A DNA stretch of 64,000 nt from Christensenellaceae bacterium (GTDB lineage Bacteria > Bacillota > Clostridia > Christensenellales > Borkfalkiaceae): assembly GCA_045579345.1 (NCBI GenBank), contig JAZNMA010000098.1:19943-83942 (forward strand). The letters are read 5' to 3'. Shown here piece by piece: positions 19,936 through 30,800 of this stretch. The notes under the pieces are model-generated. The model saw only the letters and a program-made list of their open reading frames with translations, was not told the origin of the DNA and searched no databases. The position numbers were made by a program, and so were the translations under genes. Position 1 is the first letter of the stretch, and each line of letters begins with the position of its first letter.

Positions 19936-20268
19936 ATGATTTCAGTAGAAAAACTTATTGAGAAACAAGAGTTTTATGAAACAAAAAAAGAAGAAATTAT
20001 CGCAAAGGATTTTTCGGCTGAAATTCAAAGTAAAGTAAATGATTTCAAGGCTCAAAAAGAGCAAGAAATAGAAGATTTCAAGGCTCAAAAAGAGCAAGAA
20101 ATTAAGGACTTTGAATTTTTAACCACAGAAGGTTACGAAAGTGAACGTCGTGAAGATATTAAAACGTGCGATCATTACATTGAATTTGCTAAATCACTTA
20201 TAGAAGAAGCAAAAGAACAAGAAGTAAACTCTGAAAATACTGATGTGGCTAATGAAGGGGGTATTTAA
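19936..20268 (+). CDS. acidic coiled-coil protein with internal 11-aa duplication
   Basis: 110 aa. DFKAQKEQEIE/DFKAQKEQEIK is encoded by a 33-bp tandem repeat at 20041-20106. Confidence 0.5.
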   Translation: MISVEKLIEKQEFYETKKEEIIAKDFSAEIQSKVNDFKAQKEQEIEDFKAQKEQEIKDFEFLTTEGYESERREDIKTCDHYIEFAKSLIEEAKEQEVNSENTDVANEGGI

Positions 20269-20270
20269 CA

Positions 20271-20624
20271 ATGAATGCAACCATTAGAAAAATTAAAGAA
20301 GCCGCACTTGTTGAGTTGAAAAAAGAAAGAGAAAATATAGAAACAAAAAAAGCATCAATAGCATCGAAAAAATTTCTTGAAAAAAAAGAAAATGTGGCTG
20401 AAGAAATTAGAAAACTCGATGAAACTCTTAATTTGGCAATCAAACAAAAACAGGCTAAACTTAACGAAGAATTTGCGGAGATGCGCAAAGAAGTTGCTGA
20501 TAAAAAAGCAAATTATGAAGTTTCTGCAAAGGCTGAAGCCGATGCTGAAGCGGAAGCAGAAGTTGCACATGCATTAAGAGATTTTGATGAGGAAATCAAG
20601 AAACTTGAAAAAGAACTTATGTAA
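20271..20624 (+). CDS. coiled-coil protein
   Basis: 117 aa, K/E/A-rich. Confidence 0.45.
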   Translation: MNATIRKIKEAALVELKKERENIETKKASIASKKFLEKKENVAEEIRKLDETLNLAIKQKQAKLNEEFAEMRKEVADKKANYEVSAKAEADAEAEAEVAHALRDFDEEIKKLEKELM

Positions 20625-20638
20625 TAGGGGGCTAAAAT

Positions 20639-21121
20639 ATGGAAGCATTGATTAAGGATATATTTACATTTCTTCTTCAGCATTATGCTTTGTATTTAGT
20701 TGTAGTTATGAGCATCACAACCACTCTTATTATAACAATCTTAAATTACGGTAAAAAGCCATTTAAGAAGTTGACCGCAAAAATTAAGAATGAAGAAATT
20801 AGAAAACTAATAAATAGATTATTCATTTTTGCTTTTTCATTTGGACTTTCATTCGGTTTTTGGTTTTTACTTAACTGGATTGCGCCTGTATATTTTGCAA
20901 TCGACTATAAAGAGATATTTATTAACGGAGCAATGCCAATTGTTTTATATGCGTTTGGCGAAGGCTGGATTAGTAAAGAAAAAGTAAAATCATTGATTTT
21001 TGGTGTTGTAGAAAAAACTATTGACGGTGAACTTACAAAAGACGAAGCAATAAATACAGTTAAAGAACTAAACAAAGAAATTGATGCTGAAAAAGAACTA
21101 AATAAACTCTTAAAAAAATAA
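20639..21121 (+). CDS. membrane protein
   Basis: 160 aa with 3-4 hydrophobic helices. Confidence 0.5.
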   Translation: MEALIKDIFTFLLQHYALYLVVVMSITTTLIITILNYGKKPFKKLTAKIKNEEIRKLINRLFIFAFSFGLSFGFWFLLNWIAPVYFAIDYKEIFINGAMPIVLYAFGEGWISKEKVKSLIFGVVEKTIDGELTKDEAINTVKELNKEIDAEKELNKLLKK

Positions 21122-21194
21122 TATTTACACAGCAAACACACCGTTGGGCGTGAAATATCGCCCTTTGGTGAGTTTTATAAAAGGAATACATCTT

Positions 21195-21926
21195 ATGACA
21201 CCTATCTTAAAAGTCATAACTGAATATTGCAGTCTTTATGTTGACGATATACGCTTAACTGATTTGGCATCAACAGATATGCCGTTATTTGCTAGGCGTA
21301 TGTATCAATATTTTAAGCCTGCAATTTCTTTATTTTCGCTACCAACTGAAATGCCCGAATATTTATTAGGAACTGAAAGCAATCCTAAACTTGTAGAACC
21401 GCAATTCGACAGTTTGCTTTATACGGTTAGTGGCGACCATACTACTGAACTTGAAATTAGTCTTGGCGATGCTTACAAAGGCTATGAACTTTGTGCTTGC
21501 CGAGTTAGAACTATAGATAATGCAGGTAATGTTGTTTTAACACCGATAGTAGTTAATTACAATGCGGAAAACGGCACGGCAACTTTCTTTGCAAGTGAAA
21601 AAAACCCCATTCTTAACGGAACTGTATTTGACTTTGATTTTTATACTGACGGATATTTTACGGAAAATCTTTCAGACGACATTATGAACATATTAGGTAT
21701 GTGTTTTGAAGTCGTTTGGCTTGTAAGATTTAAGAACGATTGGTTGTCCATTGTTACAAAAGTTGAAGATAAATCTTTTTTTGAACAAAATCGTGCCAAC
21801 AAAATGAATGCCGATAGACAAACCTTACTTGAGGCGAGAGAGCGTTTATCAAGTCAAATGCGCCGTTATGAACAAAACTTATATCAAAAGAAAACAGTGA
21901 GTCCATCAAGGACACCTAAAATATAA
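21195..21926 (+). CDS. hypothetical structural-module protein
   Basis: The ORF opens at 21144 (TTG). The ATG at 21195 with AAAGGAA upstream is preferred. Confidence 0.45.
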   Translation: MTPILKVITEYCSLYVDDIRLTDLASTDMPLFARRMYQYFKPAISLFSLPTEMPEYLLGTESNPKLVEPQFDSLLYTVSGDHTTELEISLGDAYKGYELCACRVRTIDNAGNVVLTPIVVNYNAENGTATFFASEKNPILNGTVFDFDFYTDGYFTENLSDDIMNILGMCFEVVWLVRFKNDWLSIVTKVEDKSFFEQNRANKMNADRQTLLEARERLSSQMRRYEQNLYQKKTVSPSRTPKI

Positions 21927-21966
21927 AATTTAATTAACCATATTTAGAGAAAAGGAGTTACGAACT

Positions 21967-22551
21967 ATGGGAAAATACTTTGAATTAACTGATGAAATAA
22001 TGTCAAAAGCCGTTGCGTTTATGCCGATTGAAGAAAAGGCAGAATTAGCAAAAGAAATTGCCAAAAAATGCGTTGTAAATATTCCTACGGCAGAGCAAAA
22101 TCTTGAAGGTGAAAAGTTTTTGGCATTACCTTACATAAAAGGCGAAGATAGAGAACTTAAATCTTTGTGTCTAATGCAAATTCTACTTAACTATTATTTA
22201 GAATTAGGCGTAGAAGGGAAATTTAACGAAGAGAAATTTAACTATTATGCAGGTGGCTCTATCCTTAATCAAATCGAGCGCTACAAGTCAAATTTTGACC
22301 TTAAAAACAAGGCTTTTGATTTGCTTGCTGACTATAAAGAGTTTAGAAAATTTGTTGACGTTGAAGTAAATAATTTAATTGCAGTTAATAACGATACTTT
22401 GGCGAGATTTGTAGCATCAATTCAAATATTTTCTAATCCTGAAAACATTAAAAAAGGTCTTGAAGAATTACAAAAGGTAAGCGAAGGATATACGCAAGCC
22501 TTAAAAGATAAAAAGATTATTCCTGAAAAAGAAACGGAGAATAAAGCGTAA
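21967..22551 (+). CDS. hypothetical structural-module protein
   Basis: 194-aa ORF with AAGGAG upstream. Confidence 0.5.
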   Translation: MGKYFELTDEIMSKAVAFMPIEEKAELAKEIAKKCVVNIPTAEQNLEGEKFLALPYIKGEDRELKSLCLMQILLNYYLELGVEGKFNEEKFNYYAGGSILNQIERYKSNFDLKNKAFDLLADYKEFRKFVDVEVNNLIAVNNDTLARFVASIQIFSNPENIKKGLEELQKVSEGYTQALKDKKIIPEKETENKA

Positions 22552-23273
22552 TGGATTTTGTAGATAAAAATTCAAAGTGGTATCCATATCAAAAAGTTCA
22601 AAATAATAATTTTAATTTTGAACAATACGCAATGTTTCCACGGCTTATTTGCGATTATTTAATAGATGCACAACAAGGTGATTATCAACCAAAAGATGAT
22701 AATTCATACCCACGTTGTAGGTTATGGAAATATTTATATTACGATACGGCAAAACCATTAAATAAAAAACTGCCTGCAATTAAAGAAAAATTAAGTGTGT
22801 TATTTAACCCGGAAAAAGCGACCGAACCGCCAACCGATAAAGGTTATAGACTTATACCGCAGTCTTACATAATGGAAGCGCAGGAAGCGGCACAAACAAG
22901 AATCTATGTGTATTTAGGACGAGCAATAGCACAACAAGACGACAATACATTTTGCGTGTCGGTGATTTTTGATATTTTAACTAATTACAAGTACGAACTT
23001 AACACTAAAGCCGACGAATATAGTCGGAGTGGTGCAATAGTTGCAGCGTTAGTAGAAGCGTTAAACGGGGTTAATATTACGGGAATTGGCACATTTTCAA
23101 TGTCAAAAAGAGTGCACCCCGACTGTGGTACAAGACCTATTAGAGATAACAACCAAAATGTTGGAACTGAACTAATAATGGGATTAGAAATGGCAACAAC
23201 TGTAAATAAAGATTTTACCGAAAATGCAAATATGAGTTTTTTTTCAAACGATGGAAAAATAAGGATGGCATAA
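22551..23273 (+). CDS. hypothetical structural-module protein
   Basis: 240-aa ORF; start overlaps the upstream stop. Confidence 0.5.
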   Translation: MDFVDKNSKWYPYQKVQNNNFNFEQYAMFPRLICDYLIDAQQGDYQPKDDNSYPRCRLWKYLYYDTAKPLNKKLPAIKEKLSVLFNPEKATEPPTDKGYRLIPQSYIMEAQEAAQTRIYVYLGRAIAQQDDNTFCVSVIFDILTNYKYELNTKADEYSRSGAIVAALVEALNGVNITGIGTFSMSKRVHPDCGTRPIRDNNQNVGTELIMGLEMATTVNKDFTENANMSFFSNDGKIRMA

Positions 23274-23274
23274 A

Positions 23275-23523
23275 ATGACAGAATTGGAAGAACAACAAAT
23301 GACGTTAGACCAAAAAAAGTGGATTGATAGCATAAAGACACAAAAAGACACGTGTGGTAGTTACGACTACTGTTGTGTATGTAATAAAGTAGAAAAAACC
23401 CCGTGTGCAAAAGCACATAATCGCTATAAAAAAATGAATAAAGAGCGAAGGAATAAAGCAAAAGCAAAGTTTAATATTGACGGGAAAGAACTTAATTTTA
23501 GAGCAACAATAGTAGAAAAATAA
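23275..23523 (+). CDS. small basic Cys-containing protein
   Basis: 82-aa ORF. Confidence 0.4.
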   Translation: MTELEEQQMTLDQKKWIDSIKTQKDTCGSYDYCCVCNKVEKTPCAKAHNRYKKMNKERRNKAKAKFNIDGKELNFRATIVEK

Positions 23524-23536
23524 AAGGAAAACTATT

Positions 23537-24856
23537 ATGAACGACAGCCAAAAGTACATAAAAAACTTAATATTTGGTAATGACGGCTCTAAAGTCGTTC
23601 AAAACACGCCTTCACAATATGATACAAGGCAAAAACAGTATTTATCAAAGCGTACTGAAAAGTTTGTAAATGAAAGAGCATATTTGGCTACTGATTATTG
23701 TCAAGCAGACGTGCAAGGATTAACGGAAAATTTTTATGACTTTACTTCGACAAATATTCGGTTAGCAGATATACTTTCGCCGTCGGCAAGTTCTACCAAA
23801 AGGCAAGACGATTATAAAGAAATTTTATTGGTTGACGATAGATTTGACTATCTACCGATAGGTGCTAAGATAAACACAATGGGTAGCACTTGGCTTGTAG
23901 TAAATCCATCTAATTTGTCAAAAGCACTAACAACAAGCGTAGTTGCAAGGTGTAACGCTACTTATAATTCATACGATTATTACGGAAACGCAGTTACAGA
24001 ACCGATAGTTGTTGAAAAATACGCTATGGCAGGCAACGATAATGAACACCCTATAAATATCGTGCTAATGGACGGTTATTTTAATATAACTTGCCAACTT
24101 AATGAAAACACCCAAAAACTTGGGATAAACAAGCGTATTATTCTTGGAACAAAACCGTATCACATTACGGGTTTTACAGATTTTATTCAAGAATTTACGG
24201 GCAATAGAGAAAGCGTACATTTAATAACGTTTACGGCAAGAATAGACGAGCCTACGACTAATGATGATATGGTTAATTGGATAGCGGACGGCAACTCTTA
24301 CAAAGTAAGCGCTGAACTAAACGGATTAACTGATTTAATTGCTGGTACGCAAACAAAATTAACGCCTTCGTTTTTAATAAACGGTATTGAAGTAGAAAGC
24401 ACGAAAAAACATCCACTTACTTGGGAATATTTTTCAAGTGATGGCAGTGTGGCGACAGTTGATGAAAATGGTCTTGTAACTTCGATAAAAGATGGGCGCG
24501 TTAAAATTAAGGCAAAATTAACACAAAATCCTTTAATTACTGCAAGTCTTGAATTAGGTGTTACGGAAACGCTTTCAGAACCCTATATTGTGTTTGACGG
24601 CTTTACAGCAGATTATATTTCTCAATATGATAAAGCAACGTTTACAGCAACATATTTTGAAAATAATTTTGCTACTAATTATCCATTAACTTGGTCCTTT
24701 ACTGGTGCTACAAAAAAAGATTATATAGCAACAATTAGCAATGATGGTAAATCAGTAACAATTGAATGTACAAGTCCAAGTGAAAAACCACTAACAATTA
24801 AGGCAAGTTACAATGGGTATTCGGCTAAAATTAAAATACATCTTGTGGGGTATTAA
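23537..24856 (+). CDS. structural protein with bacterial Ig-like (Big_2-type) domains
   Basis: 439 aa. The C-terminal half contains VATVDENGLVTSIKDGRVKIKA, a Big_2-like signature. Confidence 0.5.
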   Translation: MNDSQKYIKNLIFGNDGSKVVQNTPSQYDTRQKQYLSKRTEKFVNERAYLATDYCQADVQGLTENFYDFTSTNIRLADILSPSASSTKRQDDYKEILLVDDRFDYLPIGAKINTMGSTWLVVNPSNLSKALTTSVVARCNATYNSYDYYGNAVTEPIVVEKYAMAGNDNEHPINIVLMDGYFNITCQLNENTQKLGINKRIILGTKPYHITGFTDFIQEFTGNRESVHLITFTARIDEPTTNDDMVNWIADGNSYKVSAELNGLTDLIAGTQTKLTPSFLINGIEVESTKKHPLTWEYFSSDGSVATVDENGLVTSIKDGRVKIKAKLTQNPLITASLELGVTETLSEPYIVFDGFTADYISQYDKATFTATYFENNFATNYPLTWSFTGATKKDYIATISNDGKSVTIECTSPSEKPLTIKASYNGYSAKIKIHLVGY

Positions 24857-25123
24857 CAATGAAATGGAAATGTCCTTTTGCTAAACATAATAAGACTTAT
24901 CAAGATGCAATTATGTGTGGCAAAGCAATGAAAGAAGGAGTTAATTATAACGATAAAAAAAATTTTTTTGATATATATTGCCCACACCAAAGAAGGTGTA
25001 ATTGTACATAAGGTGTAATAAATACCGAACAAGCAAAAAAATGTTATGAGATAAAGAAAAATCAATAAATAACAATCGGTCAAAAAGTGCCGTTTGTAAA
25101 TAAAAGCAAAGGAATATGAAAAA

Positions 25124-25951
25124 ATGACAGGAACTTTGCAAAACTTAAAAAAGGATAGAAAAGCGCAAATTCGCCGTGGAGAACCTATTACCGAAAGTGG
25201 ATTAACTTTTTATCCAATAACTATGGATTATTATGACGAGTTTATCCAATGTAAAAATGCGTTATTACTACGACAATCATCACTCCCTGTAAGATATTTG
25301 TCGATGGATTATTTAACCGCGTTATTTACTTTAGATTTTGATGCAATAAGATCTAAACAGGAAAGCGCTAATTTATTTTTAAGAGCGATGTCAATATTAC
25401 ACCTTTCGTTGCGGATTGGGTTAAATGTTGAAGAACTTTATAAAAATATTGAAGTGAAATCTAATAAAGATCAAATTTCATTAAAACAAATCGTAGTAAA
25501 ACAAAATGATAAAATCGTGAAGTTTACACCGCTCGATTTTTCTAACAAATTCCGTAAAATTATTGCGGAGCAAAACGGTTTAGAATTACCTGATGAAACT
25601 GAAAATATAGAATTAGTCAGAGATAATGAAACCTTAAAAGAATTAAAGAATAAAGGCAAACAATTAAATTATAACCTTGACGACTTAATAGCATCAGTTG
25701 CTTATCAATCTAAAATATCTGAAAAAGAAATAATGTCTTGGACGATAAGAGAGTTTGAAAATCGTAAAAAAGCAATTGAAAGAGATAAACGTTATATGCT
25801 ATGTAGTCAAGCGGAAATGTCGGGAATGGTATCATTCAAAAATGGCAATCCTGCTCCAAGTTGGCAGTTTGATGTGCTTGATAATTCTTTAGGAACTATG
25901 GAAGGATCTAAACTACAAAAAACGTTAAGCGGTGTAGCAGAACAAAAATAA
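25124..25951 (+). CDS. hypothetical structural-module protein
   Basis: 275-aa ORF. Confidence 0.5.
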   Translation: MTGTLQNLKKDRKAQIRRGEPITESGLTFYPITMDYYDEFIQCKNALLLRQSSLPVRYLSMDYLTALFTLDFDAIRSKQESANLFLRAMSILHLSLRIGLNVEELYKNIEVKSNKDQISLKQIVVKQNDKIVKFTPLDFSNKFRKIIAEQNGLELPDETENIELVRDNETLKELKNKGKQLNYNLDDLIASVAYQSKISEKEIMSWTIREFENRKKAIERDKRYMLCSQAEMSGMVSFKNGNPAPSWQFDVLDNSLGTMEGSKLQKTLSGVAEQK

Positions 25952-25970
25952 AATAAGGAGTAAAAAATCA

Positions 25971-27089
25971 ATGAATGCAATTCAACTTGGCGATGCCAAT
26001 ATTTTCTTGAAAGGTATAGTAGAACAAATCTATTACGATCCAACAACAGGTAATATTATCGGCTATGACAATGTTGCTACTGACGGCGCAATTGAAACAT
26101 CGGTCAACCTTCAAGAGATTACCGGTGGATTTGGAAATCCTGTTGTCGGTGTAATACCTGATTCAACAAGAATGACGGGTACATATACTTCTGCGGCTTT
26201 TTCTTTGCGTACTCGTCAACTTATAAGTGGTGGTAATTTACATTATGGTGGTGTTTCACCGGTATGTGAAACTGTTACCGCAACAAATGGCAAACTTGTC
26301 GTTAGTGGTACGCCGACTAAACATTATGCACAACCAGCAGCAGACACAACGGCTTGGTGTTATGTAAAACCCGTTGGTGCGGCTACCTATTTAGGCACAA
26401 ATTACGGTATCAATATGTCAACAAAAGAAGTTGCATATACCGCAATTACAGGTCAGCAATATGAAGTATTTTACTTTGTGGAAAACAGTTCAGCGCAAGT
26501 TCTTGAACTTCCTGATATGTTTAATCCGTCCGTAGCGACTATTTCACAAAAGTATGGTGTTTATGCAAAGCAAAATGGTGCGGTATCTCACGGTACATTA
26601 CAAGGATATTTATATGTAGTTGTTCCAAGAGCAATTTTAACAGGAAACGCTGGTGTAAGTGCTAACCAAACAACAAACGCTACTTCTGATGGTTCGTGGA
26701 TGGCGTTATCGCCCGACCAAAATATGATGGTTTGTGCCGATTGTACAAATTCTTCTAAAGTTTTTGCATATTACATTTATGTACCTTGTGGCGGAAATAC
26801 AGTTGCCGTAGATTCACTTGTAGTAGTCGGTGGGGGCGTTTCAGTAAAAGAAGGCGAAACAGTGCAAATTCCAGTTAAGTATTTAATGCCTGACGGAAGC
26901 ACGCAACAACCTACTTATGCGGATATGACATATTCAATTCCTACAGGAGAAACAACCATAGCAACTGTAAATGTAAGCGGTCAAGTAACAGGTGTGAGCG
27001 AAGGTAATACCGAAGTAACTATTACATTAGATAGACCTAATAACACACCTCTTAAAACTAACTGTAACGTTGTTGTTACTGCACAATAA
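25971..27089 (+). CDS. putative major tail protein with C-terminal Ig-like domain
   Basis: 372 aa. C-terminal TIATVNVSGQVTGVSEGNTEVTI is Big_2-like. Upstream of the tape measure and followed by a terminator-like hairpin. Confidence 0.45.
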   Translation: MNAIQLGDANIFLKGIVEQIYYDPTTGNIIGYDNVATDGAIETSVNLQEITGGFGNPVVGVIPDSTRMTGTYTSAAFSLRTRQLISGGNLHYGGVSPVCETVTATNGKLVVSGTPTKHYAQPAADTTAWCYVKPVGAATYLGTNYGINMSTKEVAYTAITGQQYEVFYFVENSSAQVLELPDMFNPSVATISQKYGVYAKQNGAVSHGTLQGYLYVVVPRAILTGNAGVSANQTTNATSDGSWMALSPDQNMMVCADCTNSSKVFAYYIYVPCGGNTVAVDSLVVVGGGVSVKEGETVQIPVKYLMPDGSTQQPTYADMTYSIPTGETTIATVNVSGQVTGVSEGNTEVTITLDRPNNTPLKTNCNVVVTAQ

Positions 27090-27105
27090 TTACAAAATAA
27101 AACAA

Positions 27106-27147
27106 CACTCTACGCTCTGAAATATGGGCGTAGGTGTGCTGTTTTTC
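27106..27147 (+). terminator. attenuator/terminator-like hairpin after the putative major tail gene
   Basis: CACTCTACGC ... GCGTAGGTGTG imperfect stem followed by TTTTT. Confidence 0.5.
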
Positions 27148-27162
27148 TTAAAGGTGGCGATT

Positions 27163-27786
27163 ATGAGTGATTTATTAAAAATATCAGTTGGCGTAATCGG
27201 ATTAGATGCAGAAGTCAACGACGAAATCGCCAAGATTGAAAATGATATACCGATAGCATTAAACGCTATTGGTAGTGAAATGATGCTAAACCTTAAAAGG
27301 CATATACAAGAAGATTTTTATAATATGTATTCGCCTGTTGCATATCGAAGAAGATATGACGAAGGTTTACTTAACGAAGAAAATATTGATGCAGAAACTT
27401 TGGGGAAAAGAACTTTGCATTTTACATATAACCCACAAGGGTTGCCGATGGGAAAACTTAAAGATTCACTAAATTGGAGTGAAGATTTAGAAGAATATCT
27501 AAAAAGTCAACATAAAACAGGAGAAACACCGTTTTTCTCAAACGCCCGAAATGGCGATGATTTAATTGTTTGGGGGCAAACGGCTCACGATATAGGCACA
27601 AAACATATTCCTGCACGACCATTTTGGAACAACTTTGTTGAAGAACAAAAAAACGGTGCGATTATGAACACCTTTTCGGCATATATGATAAAACACGAAA
27701 TGGTGTTAGAAGGTGGAGAAAAAGACCTACAATTTGACGGTAACGAAAGCATATTAGAAGCAGGTCCTGAACAAAAACAATTTTGA
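27163..27786 (+). CDS. hypothetical tail-module protein
   Basis: ATG at 27163 with GGTGG upstream. The alternative ATG at 27124 lies inside the hairpin. Confidence 0.45.
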   Translation: MSDLLKISVGVIGLDAEVNDEIAKIENDIPIALNAIGSEMMLNLKRHIQEDFYNMYSPVAYRRRYDEGLLNEENIDAETLGKRTLHFTYNPQGLPMGKLKDSLNWSEDLEEYLKSQHKTGETPFFSNARNGDDLIVWGQTAHDIGTKHIPARPFWNNFVEEQKNGAIMNTFSAYMIKHEMVLEGGEKDLQFDGNESILEAGPEQKQF

Positions 27787-27829
27787 TTATAACGATTTAA
27801 TTCGATAGAAAATATAGGAGCAGTAAACT

Positions 27830-30800
27830 ATGGCAAAAATAATTCTTAACGTAGAATTAGCAAAATCTAACGTCGTAAAGAACTTAAAAGAACTTGAAGC
27901 GGGTATTCAAGGGATAGGCAAGTCTTTAGGCGATGTTAAAGTTAATAAAAATCTTACTGCTCAATTAAATGCTTTAACAAGACAGTATAATGCTCTTGCA
28001 AAAGCAGCAAAAGAAGCCCAAAAAGTTGATAATAAGCAGTCTATTGAAAAACAAAAACTTGCTAAAGCGACAGCACAGGCTTCTACTGCAAAAATTAACG
28101 AGCAAAAAGCAACTATACAACTTCAAACAGCACAAGTTCGTTTGACAAAAGCGCAAGAAAGCGGTGCAAAAGTCGTTAAAAAGGCTACTGAAGAAAATGA
28201 AAAGCATAGACAAAGTATTTTGTCGATGGCACAAGGTTTTTTCCAATGGCAAATGGCGGCAACTTTAGTAATGAAACCCTTGCAAATGGTACGACAAGCG
28301 TGGGCTTCAATCAACGAAACACTTGTAAAGACTGAAGATGCTGTTATATCACTTCAAAGGGTATTAAACGACGACAGTTTATCTGATAGCACTATATCGG
28401 GGAAATTATACGACCTTGCACAAAGATACGGACAAACTTTTGAGAATGTAAACGATATTGCTCAAAACTTTGCTCGTACAGGTATGTCTTGGAACGAAAC
28501 AATCCAAGCAACTGAATCGGCTCTTTTAGCGTTAAACGTAGCCGAATTAGATGCTACACAGGCTTCTGACGGAATGATTGCTATAATGCAACAATTTGGT
28601 TATGAAGCAAGTGAACTTACGGGCATTATTGATATTCTCAATAAGACTGCCGATAAATTTCCCGTTACTACTGATAAACTTTTAACGGCACTACAAAGAA
28701 CAGGTTCGTCGGCAAAAAATGCAAAATTAGATTTAGCCGAAACGGTAGGAATAATTACTGCATTATCCAAAGCGACAGGACGAAGTGGCGAGAATCTTGG
28801 TACGGCAATTAACTCTTTAATTCAATATTCAAGTAAAAGTAGTTCGCTTGATATTTTTGCAAGCCTTGACGAAACAACTAATGCAGTTGTAGAAAAATAC
28901 CGCAAAGGTGGCGCAACTATACTTGAAGTATGGCAAGCAGTTTCTGAAGTTATTAATAATATGGATAGTCGTCAAGAAGACATACTTGCAGGTTTGGTAA
29001 ATAGTGAAGACATACAAAACCTTGAACAAGAACTTCAAGACGAATTAGGCGACATTTTTGAAAATATTAACGACGTTTACGGTACAGCAAATACTTTCCG
29101 TAAAAACTACTTTATTGCATTACTTGGTAATATGCAAACAGTTAATGATGCTATTGAAACGGCAAGTGATGCAAGCGGTTATTCGGCAAAAGAAAATGAA
29201 AAGTATTTAGATACATATACCGCAAAAGTTAATGAACTTAATGCAAAATGGCAAGAACTCGCTAATAATGAACAAGGCTTTTTAGGCTTCAAGAAAGGCT
29301 TGGTAGATATGGGTATTTGGGGGCTTGAAGCACTTGATTGGATGGGTGGTTTAAGAACCGCAAGTATTTCATTGTTTGGTGTAATTTTATCGTTTTTACC
29401 AGCAATTCATTTAAAGTTAAAAGAAATCGGAATAACAATGAACTCAACTATGGGGTGGATTACGCTTGCAACGAGTTTATTGTCCATAGGTGTCGGTGTT
29501 TATCAAAATATTCAACAAGAGCAAGAAGAACAAAGACGACAAACGATTGCAAACTATGAAGCAAATAAAAAAACCGCTAAAAGTTTAGAAGACCTTTACG
29601 ACAAGTATAAAACGCTTTCAAAAGAAGACGAAGAATATAAAACACTACAAGAAGATATTGTCAATATTCTAAAAGAAAAGTATCCCATTCTTAAAACTCT
29701 TAAAGAAGGAACAGAAGAATATACTACAGCAATAGAAAACTTAACCAACGCTGAACTTAAGTATTATAGAGCAGAAAGAGCAAATGCCGCAACAGCAGCC
29801 GAAGAAATCCTTAAAAAAGCAAACATTGGAAATAATACATTTTGGACCGCTAATTTTGGTGGTAGTTATTTGAGTTATTTAGGCGAAGGTGGCGATATTG
29901 TTTCAGAAATATTAAAAAACAATGGCAATATTGGTTATGCAAATACCGATAGAGGTGAATTATTATATGATGCAGAAGACCTAAAAACATATAAAGCAAG
30001 CACGGTTGGTGAAAATCTCACAGTTTATGAATTATTAAATCAAGCAATGGATGCTCTGCAAAAGGCTTATGATGAAGCAATTTTAGCAGGCGATACAGAA
30101 AGAGCTGAAACGATATTAAATTCAAAGGGCTGGAAGAATTTTTATACAGGTATAACCGAATCGAAAGGTGTTGTTGACAAGTATTTTGAAACAAATACTG
30201 CAAAATTTTTAGACGATTATTTATTAGTAAACAAAATAGAAACTGAAGACGATTATAATGCTATGGTAAAAAGCATTATAGAACAATTTGGTGTAAGTAG
30301 TTTTTATGACGATACTATTAAAGGTTTTATCGGTGGTGTAGGCGAATACATTGAAGATATAGGTACTAGCACCGAAGAAACTGTTGATACAACAAAGACT
30401 TGGGAAGAGCAATCTTCAACAGTTTTAGAAAATTATAAAGAAATATTAGACTATGTAAATAAAATCCGTGATGCTGAAAAGGAAGCAAAGGATTTAGAAG
30501 AAAAAAGACTTGCGATAGAAGAAAAAAGAAAAGCCGTTGCCGAACGAGAACTTGAACTCGAAAAAGCAAAAAAAGAGTTAGAAGATGTTAAAAACAATAA
30601 AAACGTTTACGTTTACAACGCTGCAAAAGGTGGATTTGAAAGAGTTGCCAATGAAAAAGCGGTAGCAAAAGCCGAAGAAAATGTAAAAAATGCCGAAGAA
30701 AACATCTTAAAAGCAAATGAAGATGTTGAAAAAGCCAAAGAATCTTATGAGGAAGCCATTTGGGATGACATAGAAAGCGACTTAAAAGAAGGAAACAAAA

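Noticed and set aside
22985-23467. 160-aa minus-strand ORF, with similar antisense ORFs at 16044-16499, 55616-56110 and 62175-62522.
   Set aside because: They are antisense to well-supported genes, and their hydrophobic low-complexity products are typical of AT-rich antisense frames.
24993-25019. Direct repeat AAGGTGTAAT x2 (24993 and 25010) in the 270-nt gap before gene 25124.
   Set aside because: It is only two short copies overlapping the end of a possible 50-aa ORF. It may be an internal regulatory site, but support is too weak to call.
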